Assembly: GCA_965240325.2 (NCBI GenBank)
Contig: OZ251222.1
Span: 310,001-374,000 of the forward strand
Reading direction: 5' to 3'
DNA: 64,000 nt
Source of the DNA: Rebecca billardiae RCC1528
Lineage: Eukaryota; Protista; Haptophyta
Shown: positions 41,022 to 52,023 of the stretch, one piece after another
Layout: every line of letters starts with the position of its first letter
How positions within the stretch are numbered: position 1 is the stretch's first letter
The notes under the pieces: model-generated
What the model was told of the DNA's origin: nothing
The model's database searches: none
What the model saw: the letters and a program-made list of their open reading frames with translations, nothing else
Position numbers and translations under genes: made by a program

Positions 41022-43874
41022 ATGGAGGGCGGCCCAATCGCCCTTCCGTCGCGTGGACGGAGCGGCGTCCGCCGGCTGCTGACAGCCCTGCTCACCGCCG
41101 AGCGCAGCGCCGCGGGGCTGGACACGGAAGCCCCCGGCGGATGCGTGGAAGCCTGCACGATCGACGCGGTCGCGCTGAGGATCGCCGCGCTGCACGTGCG
41201 CGCGGCGATCGACGCGCAGCCGCTCGGGCCACTCCACTCGCTGCGCGCGCTCGAGATGGCGGAGCTTCGCGCGCAGCCGCTCGCGAGGCTGATCGTGACG
41301 GCGTCGCTGATTGGGCTCTGCACGATCGGCGTGCGCATGTACGCGTCCCTCGGCGTCGCCCTCCTCGAGGCCGGGCTGGTCGCGGTTCAGTGCGTCGACT
41401 TTGCCGCCTACCTGTGCGTCATCGACGCGGCGGGGCGGCCGCAGACGGGGTGGCACTGGCGGCACCTCGTCGTGCTCGCGCTGAACGGCTCGAGCGCGCT
41501 CGCGCGCTGCGGCACCATCATCGCCGGCCGGCCCGACGCCAGCGTCCTCCTCTTCCCGTTCTCGGCGCCGCTCCACCCGTTCCTCGTGCTGTGGGCGTAC
41601 AGGCGGCTGCCGCTGCTGCTCGTCGAGCTGGGGCAGACGGTGCGGCGGACGACGCCGCTGCTGGTCCTGCTGCTCGCGACGATCGGCTGCTCCGCCATCT
41701 TCTCCACGCTCCTCTTCGCCCACCTCGCCGTCGGCGAGCCGCCCGACTCTGCGCTCGCGCAGTTTGCCACGATCACGCGCGCGCTGCGCAGTCTCACCTA
41801 CCTGGCGACGACCGTCAGCTTTCCGGACGCGATCCTGCCGTTCGTGCAGATCGACCCGCTGTTCGCGGTGCTCTTCTGCGCGTTCGTCGTCGTCATCGCC
41901 TTCGTGTACCTCCCGCTCCTGCTCGCCGCCATCTGCAGCGAGCACGACGCGTGCGCGGCCGAGCACGCGGCGGGCCGCGCGTTTGAACGCGTGCGCTCGC
42001 TCCGGCTCGCTTACTGCGCGCTGGCGCACGGGCAGCTGCTGGCGGACGACCGGGCGCTCGGCGTGGATGTGGACGCGCAGAGCCAGGTCTTCGCCGAGGT
42101 GGCGTGGACGGACGCTGCCGGGCTGCAGCTCCGCCGCCACGGCGACGCGATCACCCGCCCGCCCGCGCACGGGCTGCCGCACTTGCGCGCCGCGACGGTG
42201 CACGCGTTTGTGGGCGCGCTCACGCCGCAGCTGCGCTCCGTGGATGCGCAGCGGCTGGCGCGCGTGCTCTGCGCCGGGGCCGAGGCGGACGGGGCCTCGC
42301 GCCACCTGCGCCGCGTGCCGAGGCCGAGCTCGAGGACGGCCGACGGGAGCATCAGCCCCGTCGCCTTTGAGCACGCGATGCAGCGGCTCGCGGCGCCGGG
42401 GCTGCGAGCGGGCGGCGCGGAGGAGGGCGCGGCCGCTGAGCCCAGCGCGGCGCGCGCGCGCCGGCTGCCGCCGGCGGCTGGGAGCGGCGGCGCGCGCGAG
42501 CACGAGGCGTCGGCGCCGTCCCACGGCCCGCGCGCGGACGGCTCCGCCCGCGCGCACGCGTGCCTCTCGCGCGTGCTCAGCTCGCGCCTCTTCATCGCGA
42601 GCCTGCGCGCGCACCGCGCCATGGCAGTCCTCTGGCTGCTTCCGCACCTGGCCGAGGCGCGCGCGACGGCGTGGCGCGGGGAGATCGGCGGCTCGATGCT
42701 CGAGCCGGGCGAGTGCGCGGTGCCGCGGATGTACCGCGTGATCGTCACCTCCCTCGCCGCCGCGCTCGCCGCCGAGTGGTGCCTGTACGCGGCCGTGTGG
42801 GCGCTCGCGCGCGCGGCGTACACACTCCCGATCGCGCCGCGCGGCTCGGCGCTGCGCGCGTGGCACGCCGTGTACGCGGCGACTGCGCTCGCGGCCCTCG
42901 CGGCGACGCCGTCGGTGAGCTGGCGCCGGCTGCTGCCGTGCGGGCTGTGGTCCGCCCTCGCGCTCATCTCGTGGGCCTGCGCCTTCAGCGAGGTGCTCCG
43001 CCTCCTCACCCGTCTGCGCGCGGTGCAGGCGGAGGTGCGGCGGCTGCGCGCGGTGCTGCCGGCGCTGCAGCCGTACCTGCTGCTGCAGCTGTTGTGCCTG
43101 CACTGCTTCGCGTCGCTCGGGATCGCGCTGTGGGCGCGGCTCCCGTCGGAGGCGTTCGAAGGCACCGACTTCGTCCAGCTCGGGTACGACCGCGCGCTCT
43201 CCTTCCGCAACTACCCCTCCGCCTTCCTGCTGCTGCTGCAGCTGCTCGTCTCGAACGCGTGGAACGTGACTGCAGAGGCGTTCGTGCACGCGAGCGGCTC
43301 GCCCGCCACGTGGCTCTACTTCGTGGGGTTCTACTACGTCAACGTGCTGCTGCTGCTCAACGTGCTGATCGGCGCGCTGATCGAGCTGTACGCGAAGCAG
43401 CGCCGCGCGCACCCGCCGCTGCCGCCGCCGCCCGTCCGGCTGCGCCGCGTCCGGACGGCAACCCGCCAGTCCTGTCCCGGCTCCGCCTCGGCGCGGGCGT
43501 GCTTGCCGGGGCCCTCTGCCGGCCGCTGGCGACGGCCGGCGGACATCCCCGCGCCGAGCTTGGCGAGGCCCGGCGCTGGCGGGGCGCAGTCCCGCGCAGA
43601 GGCCAAGGGCGCCGCTGCCCCGTCCCTCACGCTGCGCCGCTCGCGCACGCGCCAGATCCTGGCTCGGCTCTGGTCGCTCGACGACAGCCTCCTGAGCAAC
43701 GCGACCTCGGCCACAGACGGCGACTCGCGAGCAGAGCTGACCGCCATCCGGACGGCCGGCGACTTCGATGCCGAGGCGCTTGCTGGCGTGGGCATGGCCC
43801 GGGCTGGAGGCGCAGGGCCCTCGCGCGGCGTCGCCGGCCTCGCACCTCGACCGCCACCGCCGCCTCAGCTGTAG
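41022..43874 (+). CDS. Divergent two-pore channel (TPC)-like cation channel with two pore domains
   Basis: Two S5-pore-S6 modules: FATITRALRSLTYLATTVSFPDAILP...FVVVIAFVYLPLLLAAI and FRNYPSAFLLLLQLLVSNAWNV...YFVGFYYVNVLLLLNVLIGALIE. Start codon uncertain. Confidence 0.72.
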   Translation: MEGGPIALPSRGRSGVRRLLTALLTAERSAAGLDTEAPGGCVEACTIDAVALRIAALHVRAAIDAQPLGPLHSLRALEMAELRAQPLARLIVTASLIGLCTIGVRMYASLGVALLEAGLVAVQCVDFAAYLCVIDAAGRPQTGWHWRHLVVLALNGSSALARCGTIIAGRPDASVLLFPFSAPLHPFLVLWAYRRLPLLLVELGQTVRRTTPLLVLLLATIGCSAIFSTLLFAHLAVGEPPDSALAQFATITRALRSLTYLATTVSFPDAILPFVQIDPLFAVLFCAFVVVIAFVYLPLLLAAICSEHDACAAEHAAGRAFERVRSLRLAYCALAHGQLLADDRALGVDVDAQSQVFAEVAWTDAAGLQLRRHGDAITRPPAHGLPHLRAATVHAFVGALTPQLRSVDAQRLARVLCAGAEADGASRHLRRVPRPSSRTADGSISPVAFEHAMQRLAAPGLRAGGAEEGAAAEPSAARARRLPPAAGSGGAREHEASAPSHGPRADGSARAHACLSRVLSSRLFIASLRAHRAMAVLWLLPHLAEARATAWRGEIGGSMLEPGECAVPRMYRVIVTSLAAALAAEWCLYAAVWALARAAYTLPIAPRGSALRAWHAVYAATALAALAATPSVSWRRLLPCGLWSALALISWACAFSEVLRLLTRLRAVQAEVRRLRAVLPALQPYLLLQLLCLHCFASLGIALWARLPSEAFEGTDFVQLGYDRALSFRNYPSAFLLLLQLLVSNAWNVTAEAFVHASGSPATWLYFVGFYYVNVLLLLNVLIGALIELYAKQRRAHPPLPPPPVRLRRVRTATRQSCPGSASARACLPGPSAGRWRRPADIPAPSLARPGAGGAQSRAEAKGAAAPSLTLRRSRTRQILARLWSLDDSLLSNATSATDGDSRAELTAIRTAGDFDAEALAGVGMARAGGAGPSRGVAGLAPRPPPPPQL

Positions 43875-43974
43875 GCTGCGCCGTGCCGCCGGCGGCGCCC
43901 TGGCCCTGGGCGCTGTCCGACACTGTCTGCTGGTAACTGCCCGCCTGCTGACTACGGCACTACTGATATGCCAC

Positions 43975-44997
43975 TCACGACACTATGTGAAGCCTGTGAC
44001 TGCATGGCATGTGTCTATACGCGTGTAGTGACTGTGCCAGTCGTGACCGACGATAATTCGTCGTCGTCATCATCGTCATATATATATGAGGACTACGCGT
44101 TCTTGCCTTCGTCGTCAGGAATGGGACAAGCACGTCTAAGAAGGGCTGAGGCGCCTCCATGTGTGGGTAGTGCCCGGCGCCATCGATCATGGCCACTGTG
44201 CCGCGCAGGGCAGCGGCGACCTCGTCCGCCTCTGTGCGCGGGTCGGGCTTGAAGTCCGGATCTTTGGAGCCCATCACGACCAGCGTGGGCGCCTGGACCT
44301 TGCTGTAGCGCGACTCCGAGTGCGCGTGGCTGGAGAGCATGAAGGCGGCCAGCGCCGCCGAGCGCTTCGGGTCGCGCAGATTCCGCATGATCTGACGCAC
44401 GTGCTCCGCGTGGTCAGCCGGCTTGTCCAGCTTGTAGAGGCTGTCGTAGTACGAGCGCCACACCGCGTTGCGCCTGCGTCGGGAGGGCGCGTGCGAGCGC
44501 GCTGAGCGCGAGAGGCGAGACGGGGCGGGCGAGGGGCGCGCATGGGTGGCGTACCATGGCCCGCCTGTCAGCAGCTTCAAGAAAGCCCGCTCTCCGCCAG
44601 ACATCTTGGGCCCGCGAGTGAAGCCGCCCACGAGCACAATCCCAGCAACAGCTCGCGGCGCCTCGGCCGCCGCATACACCGCCGCGCCCGCCGCGAGCGA
44701 GTTGCCGATGATGAATGCCGGTCCCGCATTGACTTCGCTTATGACTTGAATGATATCCTTGCCGACCGACTCGCCGTTGTAGGGTCCAGTGAAGCTGGTG
44801 TCCGAGTCGCCAAGGCCGCGCAAGTCCATCGTCACCACTCGGAATCCAGCCTCCTGCAGCGCAGGGGCCACGAAGCGGTACTGCGAGCGTAGGTCGCCGA
44901 TTCCGGGCACGCAGACTACGAGCGGTCTACGCGCGCTGCCCGAGTCATCGTACGCGACTCGACCGCCATCAGGCATCTGCGCGTGCTGGGCAGGCAT
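43975..44997 (-). CDS. Alpha/beta hydrolase
   Basis: VPGIGD, DLRGLGDS, nucleophile motif GNSLAAG, GSKDPDF and GAGHYPH. One 81-bp intron at 44554-44474. The true C-terminus is uncertain after FLTTK. Confidence 0.85.
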   Translation of the reverse strand: MPAQHAQMPDGGRVAYDDSGSARRPLVVCVPGIGDLRSQYRFVAPALQEAGFRVVTMDLRGLGDSDTSFTGPYNGESVGKDIIQVISEVNAGPAFIIGNSLAAGAAVYAAAEAPRAVAGIVLVGGFTRGPKMSGGERAFLKLLTGGPWYATHARPSPAPSRLSRSARSHAPSRRRRNAVWRSYYDSLYKLDKPADHAEHVRQIMRNLRDPKRSAALAAFMLSSHAHSESRYSKVQAPTLVVMGSKDPDFKPDPRTEADEVAAALRGTVAMIDGAGHYPHMEAPQPFLDVLVPFLTTKARTRSPHIYMTMMTTTNYRRSRLAQSLHAYRHMPCSHRLHIVS

Positions 44998-45319
44998 GGC
45001 GGCCGCGCTCCGCGGTCCCAACTTTTCGCGCGCCTGGCTCGTACCGTCCTGGCTCCCGCGCCGCCGCCGTGCGGAATTATTTCAAAAATGCCGCGGATTA
45101 TTCGTACAGTACTGGACGAGCGGGCCGGATGATTCCTCTCGGCTCGCGAGGTCGACGCGAGGCTCAGGCTGCGGCCGAGCTGCCGAGCTGTGCCTGTTGG
45201 AGCGCGCCGACGCCGGCGAGCCGCGGGGCAAGGCCAAGGGAGCTGCGACGGCGTCTATCTGACGTGCAGGCCTGTCGCGCTAGGCATTGCTACTATTCTA
45301 CGAAGCTGGTGACGCGTAG

Positions 45320-47305
45320 TTAGGCCGGAGCAGTGGTCTGGCGCAGGAACGCGGCGCCTGGAGGCGCGGCCAGCAAGCTCGCCACGACGACGACCGCGAC
45401 AGTTACGCAGCACGGAGCGTCTTCACTCTCGCCGGCCGCTCGCGCAACGGTGCACTTGACGTGGCAGCGCGGCCCCGGCGACGCAGTCGCCAGCGGCGGC
45501 AGCGGCCACTTGGCCTTGGTCGTGCCCGTCCACGGCGGCGGCCCGGGCGCGCCGCAGCCGCCCGCGTACGCTCCGCCCGCGCACGTCGTGCGGGTGCTGT
45601 CGAGGCTGCTGTCGAGGCCCGACGACGCGACCGTCCCGCGGAAGCTCAGCGTCGCGAGGAGCGCGCGGCTCGCCTCGTCCGCGGCCGCGTCCGCGGCCGC
45701 GTTGCTCGGCGGCAGCTCGTCGAACGCGAGCCCGCTCTCCCGGAGCCACTCATGCTGCCGCACCTCGCTCGCGGTCGGGCGCGCCGCCGGGTCCTTGACC
45801 AGGATGGCGCGGAGCAGTGCCTCGAGCAGCGGCTCGCCGAGCGTGGTGGGCACCTCGACGGGCGAGTCGCGCACGAGCAGCGCAAACTCGAGCGGGTCCT
45901 CCGCGAAGAAGGGCAGGCAGCCAAATGCGAGCTGGTACGCTGTCGCCCCCATCGACCACACGTCTGCGCGCCGCCCGGAGAACGCGCCGCCCTTCGAGTC
46001 GTGCGCCTCGGGCGGCTTGAAGGGCAGCGTGCCCACGCGGCCGGAGGAGGTGTCGTCCTCGCCCTCGAAGACGAACGAGACGCCAAAGTCGGCGATCACG
46101 AAGCGGCCCCCCGGCCCGGCCGTCGAGCGGAGGATGTTGGCGGGCTTCATGTCCCTGTGCACGACACACCGCGAGTGCAGGTACGCGAGACCGGACGCCA
46201 TGTCGCGCATGCACCGGCGGAGCTCGGCGATGGGCAGCGCGTCGATCAGCGCGCGGCTCTCGCCCACGGGCCCGCCGGGCAGGTAGTCCAGGATGAGGTA
46301 CAGCCTGTCGCTCTCGTCGTCGTCCAGCACCTACGGCGGCGCGCGCCGGGGCGGGCGTGTGGTCGGGGTGCCGCGCTCGGCGCGCCGAGCCGCGCAGGGC
46401 GGGGGGTGGCGTGGCCCGGGCGGGCGCGGGCGCGCAGGCGCGCACGGGGCGCGAGCGCGGGGCGGCGCGCGGGGCGGCGCGGGGCGGCGCTGCGCGCCGC
46501 GCACCTGGTACAGCTGCACCACGCTGCGGTGCTGCAGCCGCTTCATGATCGCCACCTCGCGCAGCACGTTGTCCCAGTCAGACGCGTGCCGCTTCTCGTG
46601 CGAGAGGTAGTGCCGCCTGCGCTTGAGCTTGGACTTCTTGAGGATCTTGATGGCGTACTGCTCGTTGGTGCGCGTGTCGATGCACCGCTTCACCTTGCTC
46701 GTCGCGCCCTCGCCCAGCTTCTCGAACATCTCGTACTCGAAGTGCTCGCCGCGCACAAACTTGCGACCCGAGTCTTCGCGCATCGTGATTGCGAGCGCGC
46801 CGTGCTGCGTGCCGGAGGACGAGGCCGGGATCTCGGCCGCCGGCGCGTCGGCGCTCGCGGGGGCGTCAGCCCCCGAGGGCACGCTCGCCTCCGCCCACGC
46901 CGGCAGCAGATTGCGCGGCGCCAGCTGCTCGCGCGGCGGGTCGACGCACGCGCGGATCTCGCGCAGCCACCTCGTCCGCTCGTCGAGCGAGAGCGCGCTC
47001 AGGATGTACTCGGGCCTGCGCCCGCGCGGCGAGAGGTGGACGAGTGACGTGGGCGCGACCTCCTGGCAGCACAGCCGGAAGCACTGGTCGAAGCCCGACA
47101 CGGGCTCGGCGAGCACGTGCACGAGCGCGCCACGCAGCGGGATCACCCCTTTCGGGTGCGTGGCGTACTGGTCGAGGTAGTAGAAGAGGCGGCCGTCTGC
47201 GATGCGGCACCAGCGCATCTTAAACTTGGGGTTGACGTTGCCCTTTTTGAGCAGCCAGCCCTCGTGCACCACGCTGGCCGGGTCGGGCCGCTCGACGGCC
47301 GGCAT
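45320..47305 (-). CDS. PH-domain plus CAMKK-family Ser/Thr protein kinase
   Basis: PH domain HEGWLLKKG...WC...LFYY...PKGVIPL...WLREI. Kinase LGEGATSKV, YAIKILKKS, REVAIMKRLQH, HRDMKPAN, DFG and GTLPFKPPE. Intron 46504-46331. Confidence 0.9.
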
Positions 47306-47652
47306 GACACCGTGAGCGCGTGTCTGCCAGGCCGTCCTTCACGCTCCCGCCGGTGCGTACGTACGCCGGAGTGATTGTGGGTGCGGGCGGGCGAGCGCAC
47401 CGGATTCCGGCCGCCAAGACGCCGAATGGAGACTTCTCACGGGCTTCGCGGCGGGCAAATGTGAGACAAAACGGGCGCCGCCCAAAAGTTCTCTTGATCA
47501 GCCAGCAGGTCTACAATGGACCGTCTACAATCAGTCTCTCAGATCACATTCGCGTCATCATCATACAGTACCATCACGACACTCACACAGCAGACGAGTC
47601 CGTGGTCCACCGCACACGTGGTCACGTGCGACTGCAGGCCGGCACGTTGCGC

Positions 47653-50600
47653 TCACGCCACCTGGACATCGGCGGGGGCACCCTTAGCATCGCCTTGCCT
47701 CCGCGCGCATATCCTGCCAAATAGTGCGTGGATATCTCCAAACTCGCCCGACGGACCCACGATGGCGAGCAGCGCGGTGAACGCAAAGTTGGCCGTGAGC
47801 AGCTGCGCACGCACGCGGGGAGGAAGGCGGGGCGCGCGCGTGAGAGCGAGCGGGTAGGGCACGCGGGGCGCCAGCGTGCGCAAGGCGCCGCGCCGCATGC
47901 ACCGAGAACGAGACCGTCATGAGCATGAACACGCCGAACTTGAAGAAGAACTGCAGCGTGGTGAGCAGCAGGAAGGCGGAGGCGCCGATCGTCGTGATCG
48001 CGCCCGCCTGCACGCTGATCCCCACCTCGACGAGCGCGTGCGTGAGCCGGCCGTTCCGGTCGGGCTGCGGCGCGTGCACGTACGCGAGCGCGTAGTGCAC
48101 GACATAGTCCACACTGAAGCCCACCACGATGGTGGCGCAGATCGCCTCGATCAGCCCGAGCGTCCACCCCTGCACCACCATCAGGCCGAGCGTGCAGCAC
48201 ACGACGCCGCCGATGCACACGAGCGCGATCGCGGCGACCACCACGTTGCCCACAAAGAGGATGAGCGAGAACGCGGCGAAGGCCATGGCGATGAGCACGC
48301 CGGAGACGGCGGAAGAGATGTACGCCTGCTGCATGCGCATGCTCATGAACACGCCCGAGCTCGTCGTGACGAAGAAGTCCGGCTGCCCCTTGGGCTTCTT
48401 CTCGTTCTGCTCCGCCTCGAACGCGTACGACGCTTCCAGCCCGGGCTCGATCTCTGGTATGCCGTAGAAGAGGCGCGGGTTGAAGTCGATCTGCACGCCG
48501 CTGATCATGAAGTAGATGCGCGTCACGTCGCCGTCGCCGTCGCGCCCCACCTTGAGGAACTTGCGCTGGATGTAGTCGTAGCCCTGCGCCACGCCGCGGG
48601 GCAGGGTGCGTGGTGGGAGAGGACGTGCGGCCACTCAGCACGGACGACGGCGCAGCGGGCCGCGCCCGCGCGCGCGCAAGCGCGGCGTGCTCACCTCGCC
48701 GCCGGGCTCGTTCTCCTGGGGCTCCTTCAGGTAGTTGCTCGCCTGCTCCCAGAACTCGTCCTCGTCCTCGACGGGGAACTCTTTGCGGTTCGACTCGAGG
48801 AACGCCTTGAAGTCCTTCATGAAGCAGTGCGTCAGCCTCCGCTTGTACACAAACTCGGTGCCCGGCCGGCCGAGCGTCGCCTCGATGTCGCGCGCCGCCT
48901 CGCACACGTCGAGCAGGTACTCCTGCATGCTGGTGGAGGACGGGTCAAAGCTCTCGTCGAAGACGGCCTCGCCGCACGGCCCCTCGTTGCACGCCTCCGA
49001 CTCGTAGTCGAACTTGGAGAACTGACCGTAGTCGTTGTCCTTGATGCCCCACACCATCCACATCTCGGCGCGCAGCTCAGAGTCGCCCTCCATCCAGCCG
49101 TCCCGCTGCGAGAGCAGCGCGCGCCACAGCGGCTCGTCGTCGGGCAGCACGGCTGGCGACTCGCGCGAGGGCTCGAGCTGCGAGGTGAAGTACACCATCG
49201 TGCCGATCAGCGCGACCATCAGCGCGAGGATCACGAAGCGGAACTTGATGATGAACGGCGCGAAGCGGTCTCTGAAGAAGAGCTCCGTCTTGTTGAGGCT
49301 GTTGTGCTCACCGCTCTGCTCGTCGTCGCCGTCGATGACGATGGTCGCGGACTCGGCGCCAGACGGCGCGTGCGCACGCGCCGAGCTGTCCACGACGCGC
49401 GACTCGGAGCCGCTCGGCGCCGCGCCCGCGCCCGCGCCCTTGGCGTCCGCGCCGCCCGACGCTTTCGCCGTGCAGCACGGCAGCAGCCGCGCGAAGCAGC
49501 TGGCCTGCCACAGCGCCGGCGGGATGCAGCAGACGTACCGGTGGCGCAGGTGCGTGTCCCACAGCAGGATGAGGGCGGGCACGACGGTCACGTCGAGCAG
49601 CCAGTTGTGGATGATGGTGATGGCCGAGAGGATGCCGAACGCCGCCATCGGCATCACGGGCGACGGGATGGCGGCGCAAAAGGCGAGCGCGGTCGTGATG
49701 TTGCAAGCGAACATGGACTTGGACGCGCGCCGCCACACGTACGACATGCGGTACAGCGGCGCGTCCGCCTCGCCATGCAGCTCAACCCAGTACTGCATGC
49801 CCTCGCGCGACTGCTCCCACTGGTCGAACACGATGAACACGCCGTCCGCGCCCAGCCCGAGCAGGATGAACAGCAAGAACATGTTGAGCGGGTCGAAGAA
49901 AGTCACGCCGATCACGACGATCGCCCAAAACGCGCCGACCGGGAAGCAGAGCACCACGCCAAAGAGGCACGTCACGGCGAGGAAGAGCGAGCGCGTGTGG
50001 AACGTGATGTACAGCAGCACGAACACCACCGCGCCGAGCGCGAACGCCACGTCGCGGCCCAACACCTGCTGAAAGTACACGTTGATCACCGGGTTGTCAG
50101 CCAGCCAGCGGAAGGCGAGCTTGCCCTCGGCCTCGTACTCCTCGCGGAGCGCCTCGAGCTTGGGGATGAGCTCGATCAGGTACGCCTCGATCTTCTTCTC
50201 CTGCTCCTCCGTGCGGTCGTGCTCGTCCTCGTACCCGCCGAGCGGCATGCCGGTCTGCACCGTCAGCCGCGTCGCGTGCGCCTTGCGGTCGCCCTTCTCG
50301 TAGTAGTGCGGCAGGAAGAAGGACGCGGGGAAGACGCTCGTGCGGTCGGGGATCTCGTCGGCGTCGGGCGTGCTCACCTCGGAGTCGAGCTTGCGGAACG
50401 CCTTGTCCAGGCTGTTCCACCCGTCCTCGGGCTTGCAGTCGTCCGGGTCCTTGCAGAAGTAGGTGAGCGGCGAGTACGCGCGCTGGCACTTGTGTTTGTT
50501 CGCGGTGGCGTCCTCGCAGCCGGCGAGCCGCGCGCACACACCCTGCGCGGTGGCGTTCGCGCCGGCGCGCACGGGCAGCGCCGCTTGGAGCGCCGCACTC

Positions 50601-51271
50601 GTCTGGTTCTCGTTGTACCCGTCGGGCAGCGCGCCGACGATCTCCTCCGCCGCCTCGGCCGCCTTCTTGATGTCGCACGTCTCGCTCAGCGCGTTGCACA
50701 GGCCGGTCGCGGCGGCGACCATGTCCGCGGCGGCGTCGGCCGCCGTGTCGGAGACGCTGTTCAGCGCGGCGATGAGCTCGCCGGCGGCGTTGAGCGTGGC
50801 CTTCGCCTTCGCGCACTCGATGCCCTCCTCCGTCGGGCACCGCCAGCAGAACGCATCATAGTCGCGGCTGTTCTCGATCACGCGCTGCGCGCGGAAGATG
50901 CGTTCGAGGTTCTCCTCGGTGAAGATGTCGGCGTCGAGGTTGGCCTCGCCCTTCTCGTCGACCTCCTCAAAGAAGAGCGTGTAGCCCCGGAACGGCACGG
51001 TCTGGCGCTCCGTCTCCACCGACTTGATGTCCACCACGCGCTGCGCATTGATGTACATGTCCAGACGGAACGTCTCGACCGCGTCCGTCGGCGAGTACGG
51101 CGTGCGGCCGGCGGGGGCGCCGAAGCGCACGTTGATCGACGAGCCACCGATCACGGCGAGGAGGACGAAGACGCCGTAGGAGACGACCGTCATGAGCAGC
51201 GGCCATTTGGCAATGAGGCGCGCGAACGGGTGCAGCCGAGTCGCGCGGAACTCCTCGACGGCGTTCGTCAT
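47653..51271 (-). CDS. Patched/Dispatched-like RND family transporter with sterol-sensing domain
   Basis: Exons 51271-48695, 48583-47903, 47802-47653. TM4 motif ILLGLGADGVFIVFD, TTALAF, TM10 motif VGFSVDYVVH, and GAITT. Confidence 0.88.
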
Positions 51272-51775
51272 GGTCCTCGCTGCGCGCCCACCGCAGGCCA
51301 GGGCACGGGCAGCGGGGGGACAGCTCGCGTGAGCGGCACTCGCACAGCGGTCGCAGCGCGCGGCGCCCGCGGGCTCGTGGCGCGTGCCTTCGGCCCCTCG
51401 GTGCCTAGATCGTGGCCGTCCTCACTCTATGGCGGGCGGATGTGCGGCCGGCCGCTACAAGTACGCGGTTACTGCTGTACGCGGTGCTGGCCAATCACCG
51501 CTCACCGTCGGACATTTCTCGGGGGAATTTTGAGCAGACGCGAAGCGTAGTACAAGAATGAGTACACATACGTAGTGATACGTACGGTTTACTCAAAGGA
51601 CCATCAAATACCGTTTACTATCAAGAATGAGAGACGCACACAGCTCAACGGTACATATCAAGTATTCAAATGATGGTATTTAGATACACGTTCGTGATTC
51701 GCCGATTCCAGGAAAGCTCCCGCCCGAAAAAGTCGCCGAGCTCAACTTTGGCTCATAATACCAAGGTACAGCTAA

Positions 51776-51819
51776 TACAGTTTACTAAGAATAAGAGACG
51801 CACACAGCTCAGGCAGGCG
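51776..51819. repeat. 44-bp dispersed repeat identical to 2304-2347 (TIR-element left end)
   Basis: tacagtttactaagaataagagacgcacacagctcaggcaggcg; a degenerate copy also lies at about 51613-51647. Confidence 0.85.
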
Positions 51820-51862
51820 TATCCGGCATATCAACACGAACTGCATGCAGAGGCGACTTCTC

Positions 51863-52023
51863 GCATGTTGTGTTGTGCAGCTCGCCGACTTGCTCGCACT
51901 GGCTTGTCATTAACACACGCGGCCTTCGAGCCGTCACCCGCGCCGCCGCGCCGCCCGCGGCGCGCGCCACCATCGCGGAGGTGCGTGCCGGCCGGCGCGA
52001 GCTCACTGCACAACACAACATGC
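51863..52023. repeat. 161-bp fold-back segment with 18-bp perfect inverted ends
   Basis: gcatgttgtgttgtgcag (51863-51880) pairs with ctgcacaacacaacatgc (52006-52023). Confidence 0.75.

Noticed and set aside
47876-51550. 1224-aa plus-strand ORF
   Set aside because: Antisense shadow of the Patched/Dispatched gene with no motifs of its own.
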